Positions 26,290-40,019 of a DNA stretch of 64,000 nucleotides are shown piece after piece (position 1 is the first letter of the stretch; each line of letters starts with the position of its first letter). The notes below the pieces were generated by a model. The model saw nothing but the letters and a program-made list of their open reading frames with translations, was not told the DNA's origin and did no database searches. The DNA lies in the NCBI GenBank assembly GCA_013265495.1, contig MU057654.1, positions 235,203-299,202 on the forward strand. Reading direction: 5' to 3'. The position numbers were made by a program, and so were the translations under genes. The stretch is from Vicugna vicugna (Eukaryota).

Positions 26290-27134
26290 AAAAGGTATAA
26301 ATAAGCCAAACATATAAGAAATCATACTAAATATAAGTAAACTAACCCAGCCATTTTAAAAAAGACAATATCTGATTGATCTTTAAGTCCAGTTATATGC
26401 AATTTGCAAAAAAACACACCTAAAATATAAAGGAGAATATAATTCCATCTATACGGAGTTAACAAGATTTACAACTGAAATATAACAGCATAAAAATGTT
26501 GAAAGTAAGAGGACAGAAAAAGATATGCCAGACAAACACTGAAAAAAAGAAACCTGATGTAACTATATTATTGTCAGAAAAAAATAGCCTTTAAGGCAAA
26601 AAGGACTATTAAGGATAATCAGGGTCAGTACTGAATGATGAAAGATATAATTCTCCTGGAAGGTATCACAGTTATAATGCTTTTATGCCTCCTAATAACA
26701 CAGCTTCAAACTCTACAAAGCAAAAATTGACAAATTACAAAGATAAATTGACAAATCTACCATTATAGTGAGAGTTCTTAACATTCCTCTCAGTAACTGA
26801 TAGATCAAGAAGGCAAAAAACAGTGAAGATATAAAAAATTTGAAAAATACAGTGAACAAGCTTGATCCAATGGGCTTAGGCTTCTACACCAACAATTACA
26901 GAAATTAAATTCTTTTAAAGAATTTTGTAAACAAAACATTTATAGAAATTGACATTATAATAGTTTGTAAAGTAAGTCTCAAAAAATTTGCAAGCTAACT
27001 CCAAAGTACATTGGGAAGAATAAAAGTGCCAGGAATGGCAAAGATAATTCAGAAGACAAAAACAAGGTAGGGAGACTTGCTTTACCAGACACCAGGACCT
27101 ATTAGAAATCTGTAACAATTAAGACAGCATGATG
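26290..27134 (+). mobile_element. Old LINE-1 ORF2 remnant, left part of the host of the young L1
   Basis: Decayed endonuclease-region text. It resumes at 31435 after the insertion. Confidence 0.75.
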
Positions 27135-30100
27135 AAGAAGAAAGGAACAAAGAGTAAATACCAAATCAACTGCAAAGATAAGCTCAAAATGGTAATAAAC
27201 ACACATTATCATTAATTACCGTAAATGTTAATGGACTAAATGCTCCAGTCAAAAGACATAGAGTGGCAGACTGGATAATAAAGCAAGAACCTTCAATATG
27301 CTGCATACTAGAGACCCACTTTAGGGAGAAGGACACATATAGATTGAGAGTGAAAGGATGGAAAAGGATATTCCATGCAAATGGAAAAGCCAAAAAAGCA
27401 GGCGTTGCAGTACTGATTTCAGACAAAATAGACTTTAAAACAAAGGCCATAAAGAAAGATAAAGAAGGACATTTTATAATGATTAAAGAAGTGATACAAG
27501 ATGAGGATATTACACTCCTTAATATATATGCACCCAACATAGTAGCACCTAAGTATATAAAACAATTACTAACAGAGATAAAGGGGGAAATTGATGGGAA
27601 TACAATCATTGTCAGAGATTTTAACACCGCATTGACATCACTAGACAGATCTTCCAGACAGAAAATAAATAAGGTAACAGAGAAATTAAATGATATAATA
27701 GTAATATTAGATTTGATGGATATTTTCAGAGCACTTCACCCCCCCCAAAATAGGATATACATTCTTTTGAAGTGCTCATGGAACATCTAAGATTGATCAT
27801 GTACTCGGGCACAAAAGAAGCCTCAACAATTTTAAGAAGATAGAAATTATCTCAAACATCTTTACTGACCACAATGCCATGAAACTAGAAATCAACTACA
27901 GAGAAACAAAGGAGGAAAAAAGGAAAGCATGGAGCTAAAAAAATATGCTATTAAAAAACCAATGGGTCAATGATGAAATCAAAGTTGAAATTAAAAAATA
28001 CCTTGAGACAAATAAAAATGAAAACACAAACACACAAAATTTATGGAACACAGCAAAGACAGTGCTGAGAGGGAAGTTTATAGCGATACAGGCCTTTCTC
28101 AAGAAAGAAGAACAATCTCAAATAAACAATCTAAACCACCAGCTAATAGAATTAGAAAAAGAAGAGCAAAAAAAACCCAAAAGGCAGCAGAAGGAAGGAA
28201 ATTATAAAAATCAGGGAGGAAATAAATAAAATAGAGATTTTAAAACTATAGAAAAACTCAATCAAACCAAAAGCTGGTATTTTGAAAAAGTAAATAAAAT
28301 TGACAAACCTCTGGCCAAACTCACAAAGAAGAAAAAAGAGAGAGCACAAATAAGCAAAATAAGAAAGGAAATGGAGAAATTACAACAAATAACATACAAA
28401 TACAGAACATCATACGAGAATATTATGAAAAACTATCTGGAACCAAACTGGATAACCTAGAGGAGATGGACAAGTTTCTGGAAACATACAGTCCACCAAG
28501 ACTGAACCAAGAAGAAACTGACCACTTGAACAAACCGATCACTAGAAATGAAATCGAATTAGCAATCAAAAACCTCCCTACAAATAAAATTCCAGGACCG
28601 GACGGCTTCACTGGGGAATTCTACCAAACATACAAAGAACTCATACCAGTCCTTTTCAAACTCTTCCAGAAGATTGAAAAGGAGGGAATATTCCCAAACT
28701 CATTCTATGAAGCCACCATCACCCTGATACCAAAACCAGGCAAAGACACCACCAAAATAGAGAATTACAGACCAATATCACTGATGAACATAGATGCCAA
28801 AATCCTCACCAAAATATCAGCAAATAGAATCCAACAGCACATAAAGAAGGTTATACATCATGATCAAGTGGGGTTCATCCCAGGAACACAAGGGTGGTTC
28901 AACATACACAAATCAATCAGTGTAATACATCACATCAACAAGAGAAAGGACAAAAACCACATGATCATCTCAATAGATGCAGAAAAAGCATTTGATAAAA
29001 TTCAACACCCATTTACGATAAAAACTCTCACCAAAGTGAGTATAGAGGGAACATATCTCAAAATAAGAAAAGCTATATATGACAAACCTACAGCCAGCAT
29101 AGTACTCAATGGTGAAAAACTCAAAAGCTTCCCACTAAGATCTGGGACAAGACAAGGCTACCCACTAACACCACTCTTATTCAACATAGTCTTCGAAGTC
29201 TAAGCCACAGCAATCAGGCAAGAGAGAGAAATAAAAGGGATCCAAATTGGAAAAGAAGAGGTAAAAGTGTCACTATATGCTGATGACATGTTACTATATA
29301 TAGAAAACCCTAAAAGGTCCACACAAAAACTAGTAGAGCTGATTGAAGAATTCAACAAGGTAGCAGATTACAAGATTAACGTTCAAAAATCAGCTGCATT
29401 TCTTTACACTAACAATGAATCAACAGAAAAAGAAAGTAAAGAAACAATCCCCTTTAAAATAGCACCCAAAGTAATAAAATACCTAGGAATAAATCTAACC
29501 AAGGAGGTGAAAGAATTATACACAGAAAACTATAAACCATTGATGAAGGAAATTAAAGAAGACTTTAAAAANNNNNNNNNNNNNNNNNNNNNNNNNNNNN
29601 NNNNNNNNNNNNNNNNNNNNNNNNNNNNNNNNNNNNNNNNNNNNNNNNNNNNNNNNNNNNNNNNNNNNNNNNNNNNNNNNNNNNNNNNNNNNNNNNNNNN
29701 NNNNNNNNNNNNNNNNNNNNNNNNNNNNNNNNNNNNNNNNNNNNNNNNNNNNNNNNNNNNNNNNNNTTGGTCAACTCATCTTCGACAAAGGAGGCAAGAA
29801 TATACAATGGAATAAAGACAGTCTCTTCAGCAAATGGTGTTGGGAAAACTGGACAGCAGCATGTAAAACAATGAAGCTAGAACACACCCTTACACCATAC
29901 ACAAAAATAAACTCAAAATGGATCAAAGACTTAAACATAAGACAATATATATAAACCTCCTAGAAGAAAATACAGGCAAAACATTATCTGACATACATCT
30001 CAGCAATATTCTCCTAGGACAGTCTACCCAAGCAATAGAAATAAAAGCAAGAATAAACAAATGGGACTTAATGAAACTTACAAGCTTCTTCACAGCAAAG

Positions 30101-31420
30101 GAAACCTAAGTAAAACAAAAAGACAACGTACGGAATGGGAGAAAAATTTTGCAAATGAAACTGACAAAGGCTTGATCTCCAAAAAATAAAAGCAGTTCAT
30201 ACGACTTAGTAAGAAAAAATCAAACCCAATCCAAAAATGGGCAAAAGACCTAAACAAGCAGTTCTCCAATGAAGATATACAAAAGGCCAATAGACACATG
30301 AAAAATGCTCAATATCACTAACTATCAGAGAAATGCAAATCAAAACTACAATGAGGTATCACCTCACACCAGTCAGAACGGCCATCATTCAAATACCCAC
30401 AAATGACAAATGCTGGAGAGGCTGTGGAGAAAAGGGAATCCTCCTACACTGCTGGTGGGAATGCAGTTTGGTGCAGCCATTATGGAAAACAGTATGGAGA
30501 TTCCTCAAAAGACTAGGAATAGATTTACCATATGACCCAGGAATCCTACTCCTGGGCATATATCCAGAAAGAACCCTACTCCAAAATGACACCTGCACCC
30601 CAATGTTCATAACAGCACTATTTACAACAGCCAAGACATGGAGACAGCCTAAATGTCCATCAACAGATGACTGGATAAAGAAGAGGTGATATATTTATAC
30701 AATGGAATACTACTCAGCCATAAAAACTGACAACATAATGCCATTTGCAGCAACATGGATGCTCCTGGAGAATGTCATTCTAAGTGAAGTAAGCCAGAAA
30801 GAGAAAGAAAAATACCACATGAGATCGCTTATATGTGGAATCTAAAAAAAAACAAAAGCATAAATACAAAACAGAAACAGACTCATAGACATAGAATACA
30901 AACTTGTGGTTGCCATGAGGGTGGGGGTAGGAAGGGACAGACTAGGATTTCAAAACATAGAATAGGTAAACAAGATTATGCTGTATACCACAGGGAAATT
31001 TATACAAGATCTTGTGGTAGCTCACAGTGAAAAAAGAATGTAGCAATGAATATATATATGTTCATGTATAACTGAAAAATTGTGCTCTACACTGGAATCT
31101 GACACATTGTAAAATGACTATTACTCAATGAAAAATATTAAATATAAATAAATAAACAAATAAAATTGCTGTATGCTGCATATGAAAGTTGTTAAGTAAA
31201 TCCTATGAGTTCTCATCATGAGGAAATATATAAATACATGTATTTTTTTCTATTTATTTGATTTTATATCTATATGAGATGATGGATGTTCATTAATCTT
31301 ATTCTGGTAATGATTTACTGATGATATAAGTCAAATCATTATGCTGTATACCTTAAACTTATAAAGTGCTATATGTCAATTATATCTCAATAAAGCTGGA
31401 AGAAAAAAATTCCACAAAAA
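27135..31420 (+). mobile_element. Young LINE-1, near-complete but disrupted ORF2 (EN, RT, C-terminal Cys-rich region) and 3' UTR, plus a 3' extension
   Basis: ORF2 ATG at 27189 with an immediate frameshift. Motifs [44 protein letters not shown] and HCWWEC, with several stops and frameshifts. 14-bp TSD aagacagcatgatg at 27121-27134 and 31421-31434. Confidence 0.95.
29572..29766. other. Assembly gap (195 N) inside L1 ORF2
   Basis: Run of N. Confidence 0.99.
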
Positions 31421-31434
31421 AAGACAGCATGATG

Positions 31435-32030
31435 TAGGCAAAGGGCGAACAAATAGACTTGCCAGGTAAAATACAGGAAGCCTAGTTAAGCTGGAATTTC
31501 AGATAAAAGAATGGATATGTATGCTATGTGCTAAATCTGGCAACCCCATAAATAAACAAACCTCTGGAACTTAAGAGCGAGCCTGAAAACAGAATCATCC
31601 AGGTATAGAACCTCAACCTATGACAGAGGTAGCAGATCTGGTCAGTGGGAAGAGATAGGTTATTCAGTAAGTGATACTGGAACAATTATTCACTTATATG
31701 AAAAATAAATTAAAATAAAATCGCATCTGTATCTCAGACCAACCAAATTCAGCCCCAGGTAGATCAAGAGTAAATGTGAAAGACAAATGTGAAACATTTA
31801 GAATTAAATATAGGAATTAACTTTTGACATTGGAGTAGGAAAACTTTCTAAAACAAGACACAAAAAGTACAAACCATAAAACAACTGACTGATAATTATA
31901 GAAGAATGCATTTAAAACTCACAAACCGCAAATTGGAAAAACATATTTGCAGCATAGTTAATGAACAAAGGATTAGTATCCAAATTTATGAACAATATGT
32001 AACATATGAATCAATAAGAAAAAGACACCA
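31435..32030 (+). mobile_element. Old LINE-1 ORF2 remnant, right part
   Basis: Continues from 27134 (aagacagcatgatgtaggc...ttattcagtaagtgatactggaacaatt...aaaacaagacacaaaaagtacaaaccataaaa). Confidence 0.7.
31455..31548. mobile_element. MER53-like hAT MITE, internally deleted
   Basis: Inverted ends ttgccag...ctggcaa and internal aaatacagg...agttaagctggaatttcagataaa. Confidence 0.65.
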
Positions 32031-34719
32031 CACAGTCTATGGAAGGTTCTAGAAGATTCAAATATCTTAACTGTTTTCAGTTTTGGGTAGCCTTTCTCTT
32101 CATCCTGTAGGTCTGGTCAGGTATGGATGTCTAGAAGCCCCTTAACCTGAAGAGGGATAGAATGTGAAGCAGTGTGAAGCTCCTTTCTCTGAATGGCTTC
32201 TATAAGTGGTAGAAATCCCTTTACATGGGTCAGAAGTCACATAATGCACCACTTTTCTCTTTTAAGCAAAAAAAGTTTTGCTTGGAATTTTAGAGTCCTT
32301 GTAAAAACAGAATCAGCCAAATGCTTTCACCTGCAGGCCTGCAGAAACAGATGCATAGTATCACATAACAGGGTCTTGGCAAGTGATGGAAACTTTCAGA
32401 TTTTATATGAAAGTTTATATGTCACTTATTTTTTAAGTTCTTAAAAGCACATATCATAAACAATACTATCATCTCATAATCCACATAATATAAATACAAA
32501 AATGACCTTATTTTATATTGCAAGGCTCTCCCATCTGTCTTTTCTCTGCAACATTCTGTCCCTTCCTTCTTTTTGAATTTTGCAGTGCATCTCACTTTAG
32601 CATATTTAGCTGCGTGGTCTGTACATTTTAGGAGGAGAAAAACATGATACTCTATGTACATGCACATTGAGAAATTTAAATCTCATTTAAAAACAAACAA
32701 TAGCAATCTCATATGAGAGTCAGTTCTGTAGGGTGGCACTTAGTAGTACAAAGTAATCAGGAAATACAGATTCAGGGAGAACTTTACATTTTCCTTTACA
32801 CATGTCTAGATTGTTGGCATTTAACAGGACGAGTAATGCTTTTTATTATTAAAATAATGTTGTGGAAAAGAAATGAAAAGTCAAAACGCTGAAATTAAAG
32901 TTTTCTCCTTTTGAACTTGATTTGCTCGCATCCTTCCTCAGTTACCTTTTATTTAACTAGAATTTTAATGTCCAGCCAAAACCATATATAATGTCATAAA
33001 TCAATGTTACCTCAATAAAATAAATTTTAAAAACACGTTTATTTGCTATGTTTAGTAAATTTTCCATGCTTTCTGCAGGCAAGCCCTTTACCAGGCTTTG
33101 CTTATTTCCAACATCTTGGCACTTTCCATTTGTTTCCATATGTACATGTTTTGCATTAAGAATACTCCATATACGATAATGTGGATTATATTAAGTAGGA
33201 AGAATGAAGCAGTAAATCCCACTACTTAGCAATGCAATGGCAGACATCTTTCAAAGAGAACACCCTCCAACATCTCACCCTGCTACCAACCAACCCTGCC
33301 CCTGATCAGAAAGTATTAAGTAAATCTTTTAAAAATTATTCTGTAAGCAACAGTGAGAACTTTAGATAAAATGTTTATGGGTTAAGGTGATTCTGATGAT
33401 AGACTCCATCTTCTTAATATTTACTTACATTTGAGGAAAATGTGGCACACAGATATGCAGTGACTTGCCCAAGGCCACAGAATATTATGCAGGAGGGAAC
33501 AGACTAGAATCTAGTTATCAGAAATGAATATAAATATTTCTACTCTATCATACAATAAAAGAAGATACAATACATACAGTAGAAGAAGAAAACATTACCT
33601 TATTTGTACAAGTCTGATCCACCACTAAGTTTTTTTATTATGTCAAGAACATGGAGTTTGATATCAGAAAAAGACAGGCTACAATCTCAATTTTTTTCAC
33701 ACAAAAGATGCACAGCCCCAGAAAAGCTATTGCATTTCACCCATTCTAGGACACACATTTGTTTCACTTTTTAACACTTCAATCATTAGTGTCCTACCAT
33801 TATAACAGCAAGCATTTTGTCTTTCTTAGTAGAGCCTAAAGTAGCACGTGTCTTTAAAGTGATGGCATGTTGGATTCAATGAAATACAATTCTTTACCTG
33901 TTGGAGTCTCAGTTTCCTCATCTAGAGAATAGAACTGAAAATATCCCCTTCACATAAATGTTAAGAGGATTAAGGGAGGTAAAACTATATATGGCAGCAA
34001 TCCTGGGCACAGAGCAGGCACCCAGAGTTCCCTGGGTTCCCTGGGGTTTGGGGGCCTGGACCAAGGAACCCATTATCTTACCCTTTTAATTTCTCCCAGT
34101 GCATCAGCCCCCTTAAATGTGGCATTCTCTTTCTGGATCCAACTTAGAGTCCAGGGCCTATCACTTCAACTGCTTCACTTCAGTAATCCTCAGTTCTCCT
34201 GCGTCTTGGTCCTTCTGCCTCAACCATGGGGTAAATCCCTAATATATAGTTCTGTGCAGATTGTCCAGCAGGACAAATTCCTGCAAGAGGAATTGTCGGG
34301 TTGAAGTGCACAAGTCCCTTTTTAACTGATTTGGTGTCTGTCCGGGAAAGATGAACTCTCATCCTTTGCTGGTGGGAGTTGGGATTGGTGTTAAACATTG
34401 AAAACTTACATTTGGCAATACGGTATGCTTCGATTAAAAATTTTTACTCTCAGGAACTTATCCTATGGAAAATCTTACACAAGTTCCAAAAATATATGCA
34501 CAATCAACATGATTGTACCATTGTTTCAAATAGGAAATTCTCAAAACAAGTTTTGTTGTAAGATAAATTCCTCAGGGCACAATGGCAGGATCAAGATTTC
34601 TCAAGATATAGAACATTTAATTAAATAGAAGAAAGTAAGAATTACTTAAAGAAAATTAAAATAAAAATTATCATCAGTTCTTCTGCCACCAGTCAGAAAT
34701 AACCATCTCTTTATTTTCT

Positions 34720-35150
34720 ATTACTGGTATGTATAATATTCATAGAAATTGGTTCCCAGGAGAGTGCCTACCATGACACTACGTTTGACCACTAACATCA
34801 TATATAATATTTCAAGGTCAATATTATCACCACATTTAAAGATGAGGAAACTGAGGATCTGAGGAGTGAAGAAACTTGTAGGAATAAGTAGCAGAGTCAG
34901 AATGGGATCCCAGGGGTACTTGATAATAAAGCACAGCACAATAATCTGTATTTGGGTAATTCCATCAATTTTTTTCAATAACCCTATAAATGAAAGGATT
35001 ACTTTCCTCCTTTTCAGAATGGGAAAACTGAAGCTCAGAGAGGTTAAGTACCTTACCTTTGGGTCACTCCTCAGTAATGGGTAGAGCCTAGATGAGGACA
35101 CAAAGTGTGTATGACCCCAAAGTCTTTTCTCTTTCCAACCCATCATACTG
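34720..35150 (-). mobile_element. Two tandem MIR SINEs
   Basis: Cores agatgaggaaactgagg (about 34840) and aaactgaagctcagagaggttaagt (about 35025). Confidence 0.75.
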
Positions 35151-35759
35151 CCTTGTGTTCCTTAACTATAAAAGCTTTTAGGCTTCTGTTTCTGACTATA
35201 AAACTAATTCATGTTCACTTAGGATAGTATCAAAAGCACAGACAAGTATAAAAAGATACAAATAACCTTCAATCTCACTCTCACTGATAAAGAGTGTTCA
35301 TGGTTTGTTACATCCCTTTGCAACCAGGAATATCCACATATATACGCATACATGTACAGCTGCACACACTTTTTATGTAACTAGTATCACACTAGATGGA
35401 TATGTGGTATTCTGTACTAATATTTTGGCCTTCATATTATATCATATGACATGAGGATAAGATCTCCCTTTCCTTTGTAGTGAACAGTTTACCAATGATC
35501 CAGTACCAATTCTTATTTTATGAATTCTCTTTTTATCAGATACTCAATATTTCTGTGCACTTGGTTCTGTTTCTTATTTTTCTGTTCTGTCCTATTAAAA
35601 TATATGTCAGTTCTTGCACTAGGATTGAAAAGTTTTAATACTGCATCTTCATAAAACCTTGTCATCTAAGGTAATACTCTACATCCCCCCCACCCCGGGG
35701 CACAAGCCCTTTAGCCTCTTGATTGGCTTGAGAAGGCTTATTATAAAAGAACATGAAGG

Positions 35760-35970
35760 TAACATTTATTGAGTACTTAGTGTCAGACATTTTATTAAAT
35801 TCTTTACATGCATTTTCTCATTTAATTTTCAGTACAACCTAATGAGGTTGTTGCTGTTGTAAAAGCCATTTGAAAGATTTTTGTAATGGGGCTCAGAAAG
35901 GTTAAGTAATTTGCCAAAGGTCATGCAACCTGAAAATAGTAGCACCCAAGCCCCAAACCCCTAACCATAG
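35760..35970 (-). mobile_element. MIR SINE (paralog of 1285-1520)
   Basis: aacatttattgagtactta...ggctcagaaaggttaagtaatttgccaaaggtca. Confidence 0.75.
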
Positions 35971-38252
35971 TTACATTTTGTGTGACTCCATATTAGAGAC
36001 GAGGGCAGCACAAGAGAAAAGACTCATGTAAGTTCCTGAGGTCCGTTATTATGCTTGATTCCCCTGTACTATCTCCTCTTTCCAGGGCTTAGTGGAAAAC
36101 TGTTTCGTTGGATGTTCAAATAGAAAATGAAGTAACAGGGACAGGAAATCACATGGAATAAAAGGAAACAGTGCAATGACTGTCTTCCCTTGCCCTAACT
36201 TCCTCAGATCCCACAGCACAGAAATGGCACTCAACTTCATACATTATGTAAATATTTAAACATTTCATTTATTGTTGCTATACTTCCAAATGCTCTCTCT
36301 GATAATTCTGCTCTTTGTTTGATGTGTCTCTTTTATGGTAGAGAGGAATCATGATGGGCAGAACAAAAATTTGTTGACGTCACATACTACGTGCCAAATA
36401 CTTGTTTAAGTTTTCTCATTTTCCCCACACAACTCTGTGGAAAAGGCATCAATTTGCCCCCATTTTACAGCAGATGAATTCACATTCACAGAGAGTAAAA
36501 GTTTCCAAAGTCACACATCTGCTAAGAGGCAGGAATGAGTTTCCAGCTCTTGCCCTCCCCACAATAAACAAAGAGAAGCCTCCCTTTTAGAATATGGGTT
36601 TCCAGAGCTGGAGAAATAGTTGAGCACACTTCCTGATATTGTGGCCCCACAAGTTCTCACTCATCAACCCGTCTGGATGAGGAACATGACATAGGAGATG
36701 AAATCTCGCCTCTTCTGCCAAGAGACCTGGGTATCTGGACCACATCTGTTGGCTCATCCCTGAAGCAGTGAGGGGGGTTTGGCAGAGGCTCAGGTTTTTA
36801 AACACTGGCAAGGTGGCCTGGGAGATGGAAATGAACACTCATGAAACATTCTATACCATAATAACTTCATATCTCATCTCCTTTAATCCTGAAAACAAAC
36901 ATCCAAGATAGAGATTACTATCCTCTTCCTAAACTGGAGCTCAAGCCAAACGATTCAGGTCAGCAGCATGAATGTAAATTATAGACCAGGGACTCTAAGC
37001 CTGGAATTGTTCCAAACCCAGGCTTTTCCTGCTGTGTCCTGTGGCCTCATGGGCTTTGAATGCTCTCTCTGCCTAATCTCCCAGAAGACTGACAATTACT
37101 CCACCCCAGTGTAGTCTTCAAATATTTATAATTAATCACATTGTTTGTAATAATAAAAATCAGTATGATTTTAAAACATCTGCATTGTAAGAAAATGAAA
37201 CAAAATATAAAATGGGAAGGAAAATTGTTCACATATACTACAGACATCGAGTTAATATTAATATCATATCAGAAAGTGACCATAGAACTTGATATACTCC
37301 CAATTTATGTCTTATTTTTTACCAGTGCAACTTTCACTCTCAAAAGTGCCCAGTTCAAGCAATGAATTATACAATCATCCTCAATATAAATAATTCTTTT
37401 TGACTAGTAAGAGATGGGTAAAGGGCAACCTGCAATTTTCATAAGAAGCAATGTAAGTGCCCAAAAAGTCTATGAAAAGATGACCCAAACACAATAATGA
37501 AAGAAATACAGATTAAAATCTAAAGGTTTCATAAGTGAAAAAAGGGAGAGGTGCTTATTAGAGTGTTGCCCGCCCCCTCCTTTTTCCCTGGAGAATGGAT
37601 ATGCAGAACAGTATATTTATATTGTGCATGTATGTATGCATTTTGTGCATATATTTGCACAAAGGTACTTATATACATTATATGGGGATAAAAACATTTG
37701 TAGAATATATTAGCACTTATTAAGAATGTTTATCTTAGGAGGGTAAACAGCACAGTTTCATTTCTATTTATACATTTTTCTATGATTTGATGTCCTCAAT
37801 GCACAAATATAATCATCTGATTCACACAACTAATGTTATAGAAATATTCACTTGGAACAGGAGAGACTATTAAGCATAGAAAGCAGATTATACACTGTGT
37901 TACAATATGATTCCAATTTATTACTGATAATACGCTTATGTTTATGAGTAAGTGCATGTTATAAAGCAAATGTGTCTAAAAGCTATGACCCAAAATAAAA
38001 AATATGTATCCCTCCCCCACACACACCCAGATAAACACTCTGTCAGAGTCACTCACACTGGTGGCTTTCTCTTCATCTGAGATAGGGGTGGAACTTCCTG
38101 TGGAGAGCTCAGAGAACCAGGCAGCATCTAATTCTGCAGGAAGGCCTGTCTGTGCCATTCAAGCTTCCAGTAAGCCGTGTTTGGTGGGTCAGACCAGAGG
38201 CCCCTCCCTTCCCAAATTCTTGACTTAGCCGCCTCTCAGAGATACCGAAAGA

Positions 38253-38285
38253 TGTAGTTCTGGCTCTGACCAGCAGGTGGCAGTC
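38253..38285 (+). promoter_or_regulatory. CTCF binding site with upstream U motif
   Basis: TGTAGTTCT-GGCTC-TGACCAGCAGGTGGCAGTC. The core CCAGCAGGTGGCAG is a full consensus match. Confidence 0.8.
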
Positions 38286-40019
38286 ATCTCAATATGCTAC
38301 CTTTGCTGCAATAGAAAAGCACCAATTTCTATAACGAGAAACACTAGTAATTGCTGTGACGTTAGTGACAGATTATGAAATAGTATGTACATTTTGATCC
38401 AAAATATATTTGAAAAATTGGCATGGATACGAAAATATCGAAAGAGTGTGATTTTTTTTAAATTTCATCATGATTACCCTCAAATCTGTACTACTCTTGT
38501 TAATTCATTCATTGCGGAAATATTTATTCAGAGGAAGGGACACTTTTGTTTGAGCTTTGCTACCTTTCTGTACAAGATTTAGTCATGGATAGAATAGTAG
38601 CATGGTGGATTGTCTTGGTAAGCTGTCTGTTTTACTTCCCTCTTTGCTTTTTGTGTCTCTACTTGTTTTATCTTGCCAAGCTGAGTTTTTGATTCAGGGT
38701 TTGTGGAACTTTGTGGTCACCTTTATCAGAAGGGTTGCCATTGTATATAGCTAACCAAGACTCACAAAATTTTACTGAAGAGTCGGTATGATGTAACTAA
38801 ATTGGACAAATATTTATTGAGATCTAACCATGATCTGGACATAGTGAATTCTCATAAAAGAGAGAGGTTCTATGTAGCCCTTTCTGATAGAACCGAATGG
38901 TAGATTTCCATGAGAGTTTTGGGCTTATCTCACCACTGTGAGGGTGATCCATTCAACTAAGAATCCATGTTGTTTGTTATTCCCAATGTCCTCTCTGAAA
39001 AGGGAAGCATTTTTTCTGCTTCAAGTCAGAGTTCCCTTCACAATGGCAGAGGAAATTCTAGGTGGTGGGAGTAGAGGGAGGTTAAAAACAAATAACATTA
39101 TACATGGGCTTCTTACGTTCCATGTGCTTTCCTGTCTTCTTATTTTACTTTCTGAATGTTAATATCAGAGAATCTATTTTTGTCCTTTAAAAAGCAAGAC
39201 ACTCATTGGAACAAAGCCACTACTTTGGCTTCTGGAGAGTCCACTTAAGTCAGAAGACTTCTCTGCATCCCAGTGACAGACTTAATCCAGTAATTCTTTG
39301 ATAACTTTGGGTACATCCCTTCACCCTTTATAACCGCAACTATCTGAATTTCACCTGCTCTGCCTCTCAACCACCCAGGATTGTGCAGGAGAAAAATGAG
39401 ATATATATTATAATCAAGTGTCTGTGACTATAGGGAATCAATGTATAGTAGCTTGGAGCTAATTACTGCTATTGGCACAGGCCTTGGACTCATTACCCTG
39501 GGTACCATTCCAGCTTTAGGAGAAGGATGTGAAAGTACTTTAAAGGCCCCTGGATCAAGGTTTTTGATTATCACTTTACTGCAAAATTGAACCCAGTTAA
39601 GCGTTTTATTCAGGGTTCAAGTCCCCATCAAACTGAAATACATCCTTTATTTTAAGATACACTATATAGCTCCCCTCCCATTTTATCTATGGTGTCTTCC
39701 TCTTCTAAACTAGAGGCCCTTTTCTATACTTAAGTGATAATGAAGTAATGAGGTGCACCTCTATCTTTTCTCACTAACACCAGAAGTTAAAATACAGACC
39801 AGGATTGCTCTTCAAAATAAACCTCTATTTCCATGTGCCATACATCTGTGAAATGAGATTATCATTGCTCAGGACTTTGGATACTGGCTTCACAACCAGT
39901 TTGTGATCCTCAAAATAACATCAGGGTCATTATTTTATAGTCATAGCCAATACACTCAGGTTTTGCTTGATTCATTCCTTAGCTTTTTTGTCTATTGTAA
40001 TTCCAACCCAAAGTCAAAA

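Larger units (their letters stand above)
35700..39200 (+). repeat. Ancient tandem-duplication unit, copy III
   Basis: Shares the copy I anchors and contains the best CTCF site. Confidence 0.85.

Noticed and set aside
27189..30800. Endonuclease/reverse-transcriptase ORFs as a novel RT system or host gene
   Set aside because: Ordinary LINE-1 ORF2 with stops and frameshifts, an L1 3' UTR and a TSD.
34215..34240. CAACCATGGG/gtaaat as a Kozak ATG ending a first exon (IFIT-like)
   Set aside because: No ISRE or promoter upstream, no downstream coding exon, and it abuts an old L1 fragment.
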